Positions 23,570 through 36,263 are shown, counted from the first letter of the stretch. The stretch: DNA of 64,000 nucleotides from Squalus acanthias (GCA_030390025.1 JASTWF010000109.1:682001-746000), one strand, 5' to 3'. Notes: generated from the letters alone by a model not told the origin. Made by a program: numbers and translations.

Positions 23570-24370
23570 GATAGAGAATACAGCTCCCTATCCACCGCCC
23601 AGTCAAATATTCACGGCTCACATACAACAGAATATAGATACAGTGTAAACCTCCCTCTACACGGCCCGCACAAAGATTGAGCGGCCTGATGAAACTCGGT
23701 TTTGATACACAGTAAAACTTGATCCATACTGTCCCATCAAACATTCCCAGCTCCAGCAAAGCACTGTTCGGATACAAAAAATTTCCCCATAAAATGCGTT
23801 TAGAAATTGCCCAGGTTAGCGTTTGCATAATTATATACAAATTTAAGCTTCCCATACACTAATCCATTAAAGCTTTCCTGTAGCACTGATTAGATAGAAG
23901 GTGAAACTGCTTTGAAGTTGCCCATCAAACTCCACGTCCTTGTAAATAAGAGGTTAGGTCTCCCTCTGCACTGCCCATCAAACACTCCCAGGGCAGGTAC
24001 AGAGTTACATACAGAGTAAAGCTCCCTCTACACTGTCCCGTCAAACACTCACAGAGCAGGTACAACACGTGTTAGATACAGAGTAAAGCTCCCTCTACAC
24101 TGTCCCAGCAAACTCTCCCAGTTCAGGTACAACTTTGGTTAAATACAGAGTAAAGCTCCCTCTACACTGTCCCATCAAACACTCACAGGGCAGGTACAAC
24201 ACGGGTTAAATACAGAGTAAAGCTCCCTCTACACTGTCCCGTCAAACACTCCCAGGGCAGGTACAACACGGGTTAAATACAGAGTAAATATCCCTCTACA
24301 CTGTCCCATCAAACACTCACAGGGCAGGTACAACACGGGTTACATACATAGTAAAGCATTACACTGTCTA
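23570..24370 (+). repeat. 67-bp satellite array in the J-CH1 intron
   Basis: Well-conserved units at 23960-24365 (period 67), decayed units upstream; a further decayed patch at ~25170-25400. Confidence 0.88.
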
Positions 24371-24624
24371 TTTAAATTGTCAAAATAACTTCCAGCTTCT
24401 TGGCAGATTAGAACCGGCGCTGCTTTCTGGAGCGTTCCAGTCACTTCCTGAAACTGTTTGTTCTGAAAGTGAGCTCAGGATCAGGCCAATCTCATTCAAT
24501 AATTAGCTGATACTCCAAACGTTTAAAGATTATTAATTCATTATAAGTTGGGCAGATTTTTTGAAAGAGGATTAAACTCAATAAATGCGCGGTTATTTCA
24601 AAGGATAAATGGATCTAATGTTAT

Positions 24625-24990
24625 ATAGAAACATAGAAACTAGGAGCAGGAGTAGGCCATTCGGCCCGTCGAGCCTGCTCCACCATTCAATACGATCATG
24701 GCTGATCATCCAAATCCAGTACCCTGTCCCTGCCCCTCATACAGAATCCCCACGAGCTGCACCGACACATATCCCACCCTATCCCCTGTAACCCCACGTA
24801 TTTAATTCCCCCTAACATATCCCATCCTATCCCTGTAACCCCACATATTTAATCCCCCCCTAACACTAAGGGTCAATTTATCATCGCCAAATCACCTAAC
24901 CCGCACATTTTTGGACTGTGGGAGGAAACCGGAGCATCCGGAGGAAACCCACGCAGACACGGGGAGAATGTGCAAACTCCACACAGACAG
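24625..24990 (-). mobile_element. CR1 3' tail plus V-SINE-like core
   Basis: atagaaacatagaa..gtaggccattcggccc (CR1 tail) followed by ggactgtgggaggaaaccggagca..gaggaaacccacgcagacacggggaga..caaactccacacagac (V-domain, reversed). Confidence 0.7.
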
Positions 24991-27900
24991 ACACATATAT
25001 CTGGCTCAAGCACACGCGCCTCATTAGTTAGATGCCGAATAAGATTATTTCAATACTGTTGTAAGAAACACTCAGGCCAGATACAGGACAGATACGATCA
25101 GGCACTGCAAAGGCAGATTTACTTTGTCAAACGGCGTAAGGTTAGTTTGAATTCACGTTAAATATTTTCCTACACTGCCCTGTCAGACACTCCGGGTCAA
25201 GGATAGCAAGTTTTGGATTCCGAGTAAAGTTCCCTCTGCACTGCCCTGTCAGAGACTCGGGTCTAGTATCGCAAGGATTAGATTCCGAGTAAAGTTCCCT
25301 CTGCAATGCCCTGTCAGAGACTCGGGTCTAGTATATCAAGGATTAGATTCCGAGTAAAGTTCCCCATACACTGCCCTGTCAAACATCCCCAGAGCAGATA
25401 GTTTCTCTGCAGTGTTTCTGTACTGCTCCATCTGAATGTCACAAATTTGGACACTGATCTCATTTCTGAGGCGTCTCTTCAACCTCACTGTTAATCGTTC
25501 AAGTTTCCCACAGACACAAGTTTCTTAAATCATTGAAACAAATTATACTCCGAGATACAGGTGAACGAACCAGAAGGTTTGCAACCAGTCAGGAGGACTC
25601 CTGATTATCACACTCTGCGCAGGCGCACAGAAACAGAACAGAAACAAATGATGCAACAATGGTGGTCCCAGCAGAGAGATCTGATCAACCTGTCAATTTC
25701 ATTCAAGCTGTTTGATTTCTAATGTATTTTTGTCAATTTCAGACCACCTCAACTCTGCACGTTCTTTTAAATTAAACTTGCATTAATGTGAAAAACGCAA
25801 CATCCAACAATTTTTCCCTATCTTTCGACAATCTTACAAACGGTGTAATATTTAATTTCCCTGAAAACAAGTATCTGGAATTAATTCACATTCCAGGGTA
25901 ACTGTCTGCCCGGAACACGGGACTCAGCGGCAGAATAAGAATTAGCAAACCAGGAGACATTGACATTGAAAACCGATTACCCACAGATTTGATATAAATT
26001 CAGAATTAAATAAAACCTATTAAATCATCGAGGGAAAACATTTCATTAAAATCTGCGGCGACACCTTATCGAGCTGAGCACAGCTGAGAAAGAAATGTCT
26101 TCCTTCCTAAATTAATTTCAGATTTCATTAAAATTTTCTCCAACCCTTGAGATTTTGCAGTGACTGAAATCCTGGCCAGAAAACAACGCAATTGTGAGCG
26201 GTCATTTATGTTGAATTAATTAGCACTGATGTCATATTCTGAGTTAAATTTCATGTTAACTGATGTTTCTCTGCATCATTGAAAATATTCTGAGAGCCTG
26301 TCTGGCCCTTCCTCCTCAGAACCACCCGCACCTGGAACTTGTGTAATTAAATTAATCTGCTTGAATTTCAGTGTGTTATTTTCATCTCGAGCCTTATTAA
26401 TAACTTAATTAATAGTAATTCTAAACCTATTTCTATCTGGTAACTCATGAAATATTAGGGTGTTAATTAAATTGGCACGATCATTCATCCATATTTAAAT
26501 ACTAAACATCATATTAATACTTAACTAAAATCAGACAAAAATACAATTTTAGCGTAAATCCAAAAATATTTCAATAATAAAAAATGATCAGGAACATTTA
26601 ATACTGTCCAGCTCTCTACCTAAACGTTTTTAAACTCTTCATATTTCTGAACTCTCTGATATAACATAAACTCCGTCTATTTAAAGAGTGCAGTTCACAT
26701 TATGAAATTAGGAGTGGACTATTTCAAATAGTTCAATGTCCGGCCGGGATCACATCTCTCTAACTACCGATGGGCTGAAACACCGCCTGCTTACTAAAGC
26801 TGCACTCTCGAGTTGAAATATTGTCCTCAATCTGAACAATAAAAATTGTTTTTATTAATTAAAAAGCACCCGGGCAGTTTATAGTCTGTATCAGAGTATC
26901 CGCTATTTAATAACACAAGCAATATTTTTTATTTTACTCCTGTATTTCACAGAATGCCCTTAAATTAATTATGAAATATAGTCTGCTATTTATTAACACA
27001 ATTTCCATTATGATCAGTGTAAAACTAGGCGAGAACCATTCATTCAGACAATCTGCATCTCTGAAACAGAATGAGCAAATGAAGGAGTGACATTGTTCAT
27101 CAATTTAATATTAATAGCTATCGGATATAATCTGTCCTTTGCCTATCGTTCTATCCCGTATAGAGCTATGGGAGACAGGATTTAAAAAAAAATCAAGATA
27201 ATATGAACCTTTTTTAATTAAATTAATCTGTTTGACTGTCAATGGATTATTTGTCTGTCTCCAGCCTTACGCACTCTGAACCTTCCTTGAATTAAATAGA
27301 ATCACAGGAACAATTCTTTGACTGCCAGCGACATCGGTCTCTCAGCCTATGAACTTGCTCATTACTTTAATGAGTATTGTCTCGCTATCAAAAATCCAAT
27401 AATATTGAAGAAATAAGATGGTTCAAACTGCAACTTACAACACGGATTGAAGTTGTATGTAAATACAACTCGTCATTCATCTGTGTAAAATCGGAGTTAG
27501 CATGTAATTAACACCCCTAATCAAACTGAACACAGCGTTGGAATCAGAATGTTGATATTGAAATAATTGCAGGCATAATTAAAAAACTCTCTCCTGTCTC
27601 TACAATTTTCCACTCAAGTTAATTTTGCCCAGTGTACAGCAGAACTGTGGAAGGCGAATAATGTTTCGTAAATTAATATAAATACTGTAGATTATTTTAT
27701 TAAAATTGGGAGATATTATCGCATTATTATCGTTGATTCATAATAATTTAATTTAACGACAACCTGAACACTATGTCGACAGTAATTAAAGTAACATTTC
27801 ACGCATTAAATATGATCATAAACCATAGATTAAAAGTTGAATGCATAATTATCACTTCAATAAAAAGATGATTTTTGATTTCTAAAACCTTCCTGTTTTC

Positions 27901-28280
27901 TGATAGTTTGAAACACATATAATGTTTGCATTAGATCAGAAACCTGCTGCCGCTCGATGTCACCGAGATTGAACGCTGCACAAACGCCTATCAGTTTAAC
28001 AACCGTTAGGTGTTTAAAGTAACCCAGGCACACAGTCTCCTCAAACGATAAACACCAAATCACATCAATCAGAGGCTCAATCCCTCAACAACATTTTCAG
28101 TGAAGAAACAGTTTAAATCTATAATCCCATTGCAGCAGAATCAAATAAAACATTGCAAACAATCTCAGTACAGAATCCTTCGAACCCAAGTTTCAGTGAA
28201 CGAATTAATTATTAAAATAAACAGAAATATAAAATAAAAACACAAAGACAACAGTTACTGAATGAGTGCATGTTTCTTAC

Positions 28281-28330
28281 CTGCAGTCACCGACACCATG
28301 GTCCCTTGTCCCCAGTCGCTGAGATAGTAT
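28281..28330 (-). CDS. IGHJ: JH segment with D2-like start (apparent germline D2-J join)
   Basis: ATACTATCTCAGCGAC TGG GGA CAA GGG ACC ATG GTG TCG GTG ACT GCA G|gtaag = YYLSDWGQGTMVSVTA; WGxG motif and phase-1 donor. Confidence 0.92.
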
Positions 28331-28358
28331 CACAGTGAGACACGCCGTGCCAAATACT
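28331..28358 (-). promoter_or_regulatory. 12-bp-spacer RSS 5' of (D2)J
   Basis: AGTATTTGG-cacggcgtgtct(12)-CACTGTG abutting the coding end. Confidence 0.9.
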
Positions 28359-28669
28359 CCGGCGGACTGTTAACTATAAAATACTTAGATTAAATTCCAC
28401 AGCGCTCTAAAAACCTGGTTCCAACTCCCCTAACTCTGCACCAGTGAGATATTTCAGCTTGTTCTGGTCAGTATATTTATAAAAGGGATTGGATTACTTC
28501 TGAAGCATCTGTGCAGATTTAGCATGTTAATCAAAATTAATAAAGCAGAATAGTTTATACTTTTAAAACAATAGATATGAATTCTACTCATTATTTTTAT
28601 TTAAGCCACATTTACTTCGACGCTCCTGGCGTTGTCGTGATCTGATGTTTGAGCAAACTCCCAGTCTGG

Positions 28670-28707
28670 GGTTTTTGTATGAGGAGCTCGCTGCGTACAG
28701 CACCGTG
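28670..28707 (-). promoter_or_regulatory. D1 3' RSS, 22-bp spacer
   Basis: CACGGTG-22 nt-ACAAAAACC (perfect nonamer). Confidence 0.93.
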
Positions 28708-28722
28708 ACCCCACTGTAGTAC
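28708..28722 (-). CDS. IGHD: DH1 segment
   Basis: GTACTACAGTGGGGT between two heptamers; typical shark IgM D1. Confidence 0.93.
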
Positions 28723-28750
28723 CACAGTGACTGGAACCCGCACAAATACT
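28723..28750 (-). promoter_or_regulatory. D1 5' RSS, 12-bp spacer
   Basis: AGTATTTGT-gcgggttccagt(12)-CACTGTG. Confidence 0.93.
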
Positions 28751-28781
28751 GCACTCACTCTCTGTGCAATACTGACTCTCA

Positions 28782-28911
28782 ACATTCACTTCAAAGAGAC
28801 ATTCACTTCAAATAGACATTCACTTCAAATAGACATTCACTTCAAATAGACATTCACTTCAAATCGACATTCACTTCAAAGAGACATTCACTTCAAAGAG
28901 ACATTCACTTC
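28782..28911. repeat. 17-bp tandem repeat x7.6 between V and D1
   Basis: acattcacttcaaa(g/t)ag, near-perfect copies. Confidence 0.95.
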
Positions 28912-29242
28912 TGTTCCAGTTTAGAGTTTACCCCGACAGTTTCCAAAACACAATAGAAACTGAACACATTTCCAATCAACTCACTCAAGGTATCACGTAG
29001 ATTGAACCGAGCCTCATATCTAGCTCTACAATTGTTGACACTGTTAAAAGTAAACAGGAGCACAACAGAACCTTTCCTCAGTGCATCGGTTAGTGGGTTA
29101 GACTTTTCCCAGTGAATTTTCAGTGTGTTAGTTTTGTAAGAAGCGTCTTGTGGTCTTGTTCTGAACATTGCCTTTAATATTGCATTTGACACAATTACTG
29201 ACCGTCAGGTTATGATGGAAGTTGCTGAATTTCCCCTCGGTC

Positions 29243-29281
29243 TGTTCTTGTACGGGTCCAGCCCTGGTTCCTCTCGCTGTG
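29243..29281 (-). promoter_or_regulatory. VH 3' RSS, 23-bp spacer
   Basis: CACAGCG-agaggaaccagggctggacccgt(23)-ACAAGAACA. Confidence 0.92.
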
Positions 29282-29589
29282 GTCTGTTGCACAGTAATAG
29301 ATGGCGGTGTCTTCGGGCTTCAGGGTCTTCATGTCCAACGCGAAGATGTTGTTTGAAATGTCTTTGGACGCAGTAAATCGGTCTTCAATCCCGGGGGCGT
29401 AATTGTTGCTGGATGAACTGTAATAGCTAACCAGCCACTCCAGCCCCTGTCCGGGAACCTGTCGGACCCAGCTCATGTAGCTGTATTCAAGATTGAACCC
29501 GCTGGTTTTACAGGTCAGTCTCAGGGAGCCTCCGGGATTCCCGTTCTCTGCCTTGGGCTGAGTCAACACTATGTCATCCGACTGGACAC
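29282..29589 (-). CDS. IGHV: VH exon (shark IgM-type), unrearranged, open
   Basis: ttttacag| (G)[63 protein letters not shown]. Confidence 0.97.
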
Positions 29590-29714
29590 CTGTAAAAAAA
29601 ATCAAAAACCCGAGATTAATCCTGTTGAAAAGATTCCTGACTCTGTAACATTCCAGAGAGAGACTTACACTGAGACAGTAACAGTGAGGGACTTGGACAA
29701 TAAAAACTACTCAC

Positions 29715-29760
29715 CGGATAAGAAAGCCAGCAACAGACTGAGATAAATCGCCGACCTCAT
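29715..29760 (-). CDS. IGHV: Leader (signal peptide) exon
   Basis: ATG..MRSAIYLSLLLAFLS G|gtgag; 46 nt; 125-nt intron to V. Confidence 0.95.
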
Positions 29761-29852
29761 CCTTCTGGCAATGTGTGGGAAGTGGTTCTGGCAAGAACTC
29801 ACTGAGCAAACCCGCTCCCGGACTGTTGTAGTGCGGTCCCAGTGACCGGCAG

Positions 29853-29933
29853 TTAAATACCCGGCAGATGGGGGCGTGGTTACAGGCGCCGCCTATTGGT
29901 TCACTGATAGAGGCGGCTGCTGGAGCCACGTCA
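29853..29933 (-). promoter_or_regulatory. VH promoter
   Basis: Minus strand order: CRE-like TGACGTG (29927-33), CCAAT (29895-99), GC box CCACGCCCC (29871-79), E-box CATCTG (29865-70), TATTTAA (29853-59). Confidence 0.75.
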
Positions 29934-31462
29934 CACCGTCCACATCACCAACAGAATGGACTCATATCAGGACTGTAAATTAAACCCTTTATTTCCTCAC
30001 TATTTACAGGAGGAGTGGATCTCTAAGATTAAATGATATTATCAGGGTCTAAAGAGACTGTCAGTTTGTGTTACTCCATCTCCCGGTTCCTATCCCTTCA
30101 CTCTGTAACAATAAAGTATCCCCTATAATGTGAATTGCTTAAGGTCTAAGTAACTGAATGCGGGACATGTGTAATGTGATTGTATTTACAATGTGGATGA
30201 CTATAGCTGCACGATTTGGGTCTGGAGATGTTTACAATCCCCTCACATTATACAAGTGTCTCTCATTTCATTTCTCTAACTGCCCCTGAGTCTGTGACCC
30301 TAAGACAGTCCTTTATAAAATTAGCTGTAAAATTAATCCGCTTACCTGATAAGTAAGGAGTGAGTTGACAGAGACACATAAGAATGTGAGGCCCGCTGGC
30401 TTCAGATCAGCTTTTTAAGAGAGAAGCTGGTGAATGAGAACCGATAATGCGATCAGCAAACCCCGGCATCCAAATCATTGCAGCGAACTTTAATATCGAC
30501 CGACTGTGTGACCTACACTGTTATCAGGAACACAGTATATCAGGACACAGCGGTATGTTACAGAATATCACAAGAATAAATGTTTTATCTCCCGCTGAAA
30601 CAGATCACAAACTGGGCATTTCTCTACCCATTGGTAGCCGGGCTATGAGAGGGCTTGTTCAGGAATCCAAATCAGCACAAATTAAACTGCACAGTGCGCG
30701 GTTCCTCATCAGTAATAAGGGAACCTTTAGTTTAAATCAGGCGAACAACTCTGAGAATATTCAAGGAAGTGCAGCGGGTTCAATGCAATTCCACCTCTGT
30801 TTTATTTACTGTGCGATTCCCACTCATCTCATTACAGTGTGTGTATGGGTTCATTAAATCTCTCTCCAGCACTTCATGCAGTACTGAATAAACGGTCTGA
30901 ATTATCTGGAGTTATCTTTATTTGAAAATGTTTTTATTTGAATACCATATGGATCAATTACTATTTTCTGATCCTATATTATAATATTCTGAGCATGGAA
31001 TTTAACGAAAATCAATCTTGAGAATTTAATATCATTTAAAATGTTTCTTTATTTATTGAGCGCAACTGAATAGTTTAATGCTCAAATAGTTAAATCCCAT
31101 CTTTTTTCCATTCATATTCACGCTAATCTGCCCCACACAGTACTTGGCAGCAACCCAGCCGACTGCCGTTATTGAGGCTCGAAGACACAGTGTCATTTAC
31201 AGGAAGCATCTGGGGGTTCAGTGCAGTAAATCAAAGATCTGTTTCCTCACTACTGACCGCTTGGCAGAAAGCCAACTTCAAACCCTTTACATTGTCAATG
31301 AGGCCTATTTATATACAAATCTACCCAGCAACAGGACTGGAGTGAATTTAATTATTTTATTTGTATAACTATTTGTAACTGTTCCAATGTCCCAGGAAAG
31401 GAAATATATCCAATGTCTCAGACACCATGTCAGCAGCAGCAGTCAGCTGGAGGACCTGTCCA

Positions 31463-31630
31463 NNNNNNNNNNNNNNNNNNNNNNNNNNNNNNNNNNNNNN
31501 NNNNNNNNNNNNNNNNNNNNNNNNNNNNNNNNNNNNNNNNNNNNNNNNNNNNNNNNNNNNNNNNNNNNNNNNNNNNNNNNNNNNNNNNNNNNNNNNNNNN
31601 NNNNNNNNNNNNNNNNNNNNNNNNNNNNNN
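31463..31630. other. Assembly gap (168 N)
   Basis: Run of n. Confidence 1.
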
Positions 31631-31770
31631 AGTGAGATAGAGAGATAGATAGAGAGATAGATAGATAGACTGATAGCTAGATTGCTAGATACATATATAA
31701 ATAGATAGACTGTTAGCTTGATAGATAAATAGCTGGATAGAGAGATAGATAGAGAGATAGATAGATGGAT
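31631..31770. repeat. (AGAT)n-type microsatellite
   Basis: agatagatagagagatag.. next to the gap. Confidence 0.9.
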
Positions 31771-31799
31771 GGAGCTTGTCTCTGTGTTGTTAAAGTTTA

Positions 31800-32437
31800 C
31801 AGGGACAGTGGGACCTGGGAGTTAATGTGCATAAGTCCCTGAAATGGCAGGACATATTGAGAGAGTGGTTAGCAAAGCATATGGAATCTTGGACTTCATA
31901 TGTTGAGGTATTGAGTACAAAAGCAGAGAATTTATGCTGAAACTTTGGATGAAGTTTATGTGAAGGCCCTTGAGAGGGTGCAGAGGAGATTTACCAGAAT
32001 GGTTCCGAATATGAGAGATCTTAGCTACAAGGAGAGGTTGGAGAAGTTGGTATGTTTACATTAGAGCAAAGGAGGTTGAGGGGTGATTTGAGAGAGGTGT
32101 ACAAGATTATGACGGGTTTGGATCGGCTAGAAAGAGAAAAGCTGTTCCCACTAGTTGAAGGGATAAGACTAGGGGACACAGATTTAAGGTTTTTGTGAAG
32201 AGATACAGTGGGGTGTGAGGAATAACTTTTTTACGCAGCGTGTGGTGAGGACCTTGATTTCGCTGCCGACGACATTGGTTGAAGCGGAGACACTCAATGT
32301 TTTCACTTGACGAAAACAAACTTGGAGAACTACAGGGCGAGAGCGGGGCAAAGGGACTGACTGGATTGCTCTGCAGAGAGCAGGCACGGTTCGATGGGCC
32401 GAATGGCCTCCTTCTGTGCCGTTATAACTCTATGACA
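31800..32437 (+). mobile_element. Old CR1 3' fragment
   Basis: gagagggtgcagaggagatttaccagaatg.. and 3' end gatgggccgaatggcctccttctgtgccgttataactctatga. Confidence 0.8.
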
Positions 32438-32899
32438 CTGACTATATTCAGTTGGAACGGGGATTAAATCACACCGAGGATAATGAGCAGCCACCCAACA
32501 GTCTCTGCACTGTATTGTCCAGTGATCACCTCACCATCACACAGAAGCTCCTGATATAAACCTCCAGTGTGTGATGATTGGTGCAAGTGATGGTAAAAAT
32601 GAAAATGAAACTGTGCCCGTATCTAATGTGAGGTTAATAAATCTGTAATTCCGACTTATTACTTCCCTCGTTTGATGAGGTCACATCGACCACTCCTGTG
32701 GCTGAGGGTCAGAGTTCGCACTGATGTTACTATGATGGCCAAGTGGAACTGATGACCCTGCATTTTATTGGTGATGACGGCCCAAGGAGCTTGTGTGTTG
32801 CTGATGTGCAGAAGCCAAACTGCTAAAACCGTAATGCAATACACAGGAAGTTGAACCAATAGCAACATGTTGCTGGAGTACTGGAGTCACGCTGTGTCA

Positions 32900-33838
32900 T
32901 AAACAATCCCAGGGCAGATACAGCACAGGTTAGAAAAAAAGTAAAGCTCCCTCTACAATGTCCCATCCAGCACTCAGAGGGCAGGTACAGCCCAGGTAAG
33001 AAACAGGGTAAAGCTCCCTCTAAACTGTGCCTTCAAAAACTCCCAAGGCAGGTACAGCCCAGGTTCGAAACAAAGTAAAGCTCCCTCGAAACTGTGCCAT
33101 CAAACACTGCCAGAGCAGGTACGGCATGCGTTAGCAACAGAGTAAAGCTCCATCTACATTATCCCATAAAGCACTCCAGGATAGGTAGAGCATGTGTTAG
33201 ATACAGTGTGAATCTCCCACTGGATAAAGAGTAAAGCTCGCTCTACAATGTCAGATGAAACACTCCCAGGGCAGGTACAGCAAGGGTTAGATGCAGATTG
33301 AAGGACACTCTAAACTGTCCCATCAATCACTCACAGGGCAAGGACAGCATGTGTTAGATATAGAGTAAAGAACCCTCTGAACTGTCCGGTCAATCACTCC
33401 CAGGGCAGGTACAGCACGGGTTAAATACAGAGTAAACGTCCATCTAAACTGTTCCATCAATCACTCCCAGCGCAGAGTCTGCACGGGTTAGATACAGAGT
33501 ATAGGTCCCTCTAAACGGTCTCATCAAAAGCTCCCAGGTCAGATACCGCACGTGTTAGATACAGAGTAATGTTCCCAGTAAACTGTCCCGTCAATCACTC
33601 CCAGTGCAGGGACAAAACGGGTTAGATACAGCGTAAAGCTACCTCAAATCTGTGCCGTCAATCACTCCCAGTGCAGGGGCAGTACGGGTTAGATACAGAT
33701 TAAATTTCCCTCAACACTTTCCTATCAAACTCTTCCAAGCCAGGTGCAGCAAGGTTTTGGAACAAAGTAAAGCTCCCTCTACACTGTCCCATAAAACACA
33801 CCCAGGGCAGATACAGCGAGGTTTAAATTCAGAGCAAA
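32900..33838 (+). repeat. 67-bp satellite array
   Basis: About 14 diverged units. Confidence 0.9.
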
Positions 33839-36263
33839 GTTCAGAGAAGTGTAGAAATAATACGGTAATAATAGTAGGGAATTTCAACTTCCCCAATATT
33901 AACTGGGATAGTCAGAGTGTGAAAGGCTTAGAGGTTGCGGAATTCTTAAGGTGCATCCAGGAGTTCTTTTTTGAGCCAGCATGTAGAAAGTCCTACAAGA
34001 CAGGGGGCGGTACTGGACCTTATTCTAGGGAATGTCGGCGGGCAACTGATGGAAGTGTCAGTAGGAGAGCATTTTGTTGACAGTGACCATAATTCGGTGA
34101 GATTTAAGGTAGTCATGGAAAAGGACAAAGATGGACCGGAAATAAAGTTTTTTTAATTGGGGAAGGCCGATGTAATATGATAAGGCAGGATTTGGCCAAA
34201 GTGGACTCGGATCAGCTACTTGTAGGAAAATCCACATCAGAGCAGTGGGAGTCATTCAGAAAGGAAATAGAGAGAGTACAGCGCCAACATGTTGCCATAA
34301 AGGTCAAGGGTGGGACAAACAAGTGCAGGGAACCCTCGATGTCAAGGGATATACAAGCATGGATTAGGAATAAAAGTGAGGGTTTTGGCAGATACAAAGG
34401 ACTAAAAACAGCGGAAGCCCAAGAGGAGTATAGCAAGTGCAGGGGGGTACTTAAAAACGAAATTAGGATAGCAAAGAGGGGCTTGAAAAAACACTGGCGG
34501 GCAAAGTGGAAATCTGTGTTGAGAGCCGGAAGATGTCGATGAGGTTTTAAATGAATATTTAGCTTCTGTGTTCTCTATGGAGAAGGAAGATGCAGGCATA
34601 TAAATCAGGCAGGGGGATTGTGGTCTAGTTGAAAAAAATGTTGTTGAGTGGGAGGAGGTACTAGCGGTTTTAGCGTGTTTAAAAGTGGATAAATCCCTAG
34701 GCTCAGACGAGATGTATCCCAGTCTGCTGTGTGAGGCAAGGGTGGAGATTTCAGGGGATCTGACACAAATTTTGAGAATCTGTCTGGCCACAGGGGAGGT
34801 GCCAGAGGATTAGAGGAAAGCTAAGTTAGTATCATTATTCAAGAAGAGTAGTAAGGATAATCCAGGGAATTAAATGCCAGTGAGCCTAACATCAGTGGTA
34901 TGGAAATTATTGGAAAAAATTCTGAGGGACAGAGTTAGTCACGACTTGGCGAGGCAAGGAATAATCAAAGATAGTCAGCATGGCTTTGTCAGGGGTAGAT
35001 CGTGTCTAACCAATTTGATTGAATTTTTCGACGGGGTGACTAAGTGTGTGGATCAGTGTAGTGCAGTTGATGCAGTCTACATGGACTTCAATAAGGCTTT
35101 TGACAAAGTCCCGCATGGGAGACTGATCAAGAAGTTAAGCGCACGTGGCATCCAGGGCAATTTGGAACATTGCATCCAAAATTGACTTATTGGCAGGAGG
35201 CAGTGGTGATGGTCGATGGTTGTTTTTGTGACTGGAATCCTGTGTGCAGTGGTGTACCGCAGGGATCGGTGCTGGGTCCCTTGCTGTTTGTAGTGTACAT
35301 TAATGATTTAGATATGAATGTAGAAGGTATGATCAGTAAGTTCGCAGATGACACGAAAATTGGTGGAGTGAAAAATAGCAGGGAAGGAAGCCTCAGGTTA
35401 CAGGACGATATAGACGGGCTGGTCAGATGGGCAGAACAGTGGCAAATGGAATTTAACCTTGAAAAGTGTGAGGTGATGCATTTTGGGATGACTAACAAGG
35501 CAAGTGAATCCACAATGAATGGCAGGACCCTAGGAAGGATAGAGGATCAGAGGGACCTTTGTGTGCAAGTACATAGATCACTGAAGGCAACAGGACAGGT
35601 AGATAAGCCGGTTAAAAAGGCATATGTGTTACTTGACTTCATTAGCCGAGGCATAGAATATAAGAGCAGGGAGGTTATGATGGAGCTGGACAAAACTCTA
35701 GTTAGGCCTGAGCTGGAATAATGTGTGCAGTTCTGGTCCCAAACTATAGGAAGGATGTGATTGCATTGGAGAGGGTGCAGAGGAGATTCTCCAGGATGTT
35801 ACCTGGGTTGGAGCGCTTCAACTATGAAGAGAGCCTGGGCAGGCTGGGGTTGTTTTCCTCAGAACAGAGAAGGCTGAGAGGGGACCTGATTGAGGTGAAC
35901 AAATTTATGAGCGGCTTAGATAGGGTAGATAAAAAAAGAACTTTCCCCCTTAGTGGAGGGGTCACTAACCAGGGGTCATAGTTTAAAGGTATTGGGCAGG
36001 AGGCTTAGAGGGGATTTGAGGAAAAACTTTTTCACCCAATGGGTGGTTGGAATCTGGAACTCACTGCCAGAAATTGTGGTAGAGGCAGGAAAATTCACAA
36101 CATTCAAGAAGCAGTTAGATTAACACATAAAAAGGCCATAGCATACAAGGCTACGGAACAAGTGCTGGAAAATGGGATTAGAATAGACAGGGCTTAATAG
36201 CCGGCGTGGACACGATGGACCGAAGGGCATCTTTCTGTGCTGGATAACTCTATGAATCTATGA
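33839..36263 (+). mobile_element. Degenerate CR1 LINE, same subfamily as 78-3085
   Basis: Broken ORFs with IIVGNFNFPNINW, YMDFNKAFDKVPH, GVPQGSVLGPLLF and KFADDTK; tail ataactctatgaatctatga. Confidence 0.92.

Noticed and set aside
25400-28270. Intronic enhancer or further J segments in the J-CH1 intron
   Set aside because: AT-rich with only imperfect octamers and scattered E-boxes; no second WGxG/RSS seen; cannot be supported from sequence alone.
22130-29589. Heavy-chain-only antibody
   Set aside because: FR2 GLEW, the J Trp and the CH1 N-terminal Cys needed for light-chain pairing are all retained.
14431-29760. IgW, IgNAR or IgM1gj identity
   Set aside because: All C exons, tail and TM resemble shark Cmu; the extra domains are copies of Cmu3/4; V is a conventional unjoined VH; CH2 is present.
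30447-30857. 136-aa ORF upstream of the VH promoter
   Set aside because: No recognisable domain or exon context.
31387-31648. ORFs containing X runs
   Set aside because: Artefacts of the N gap.
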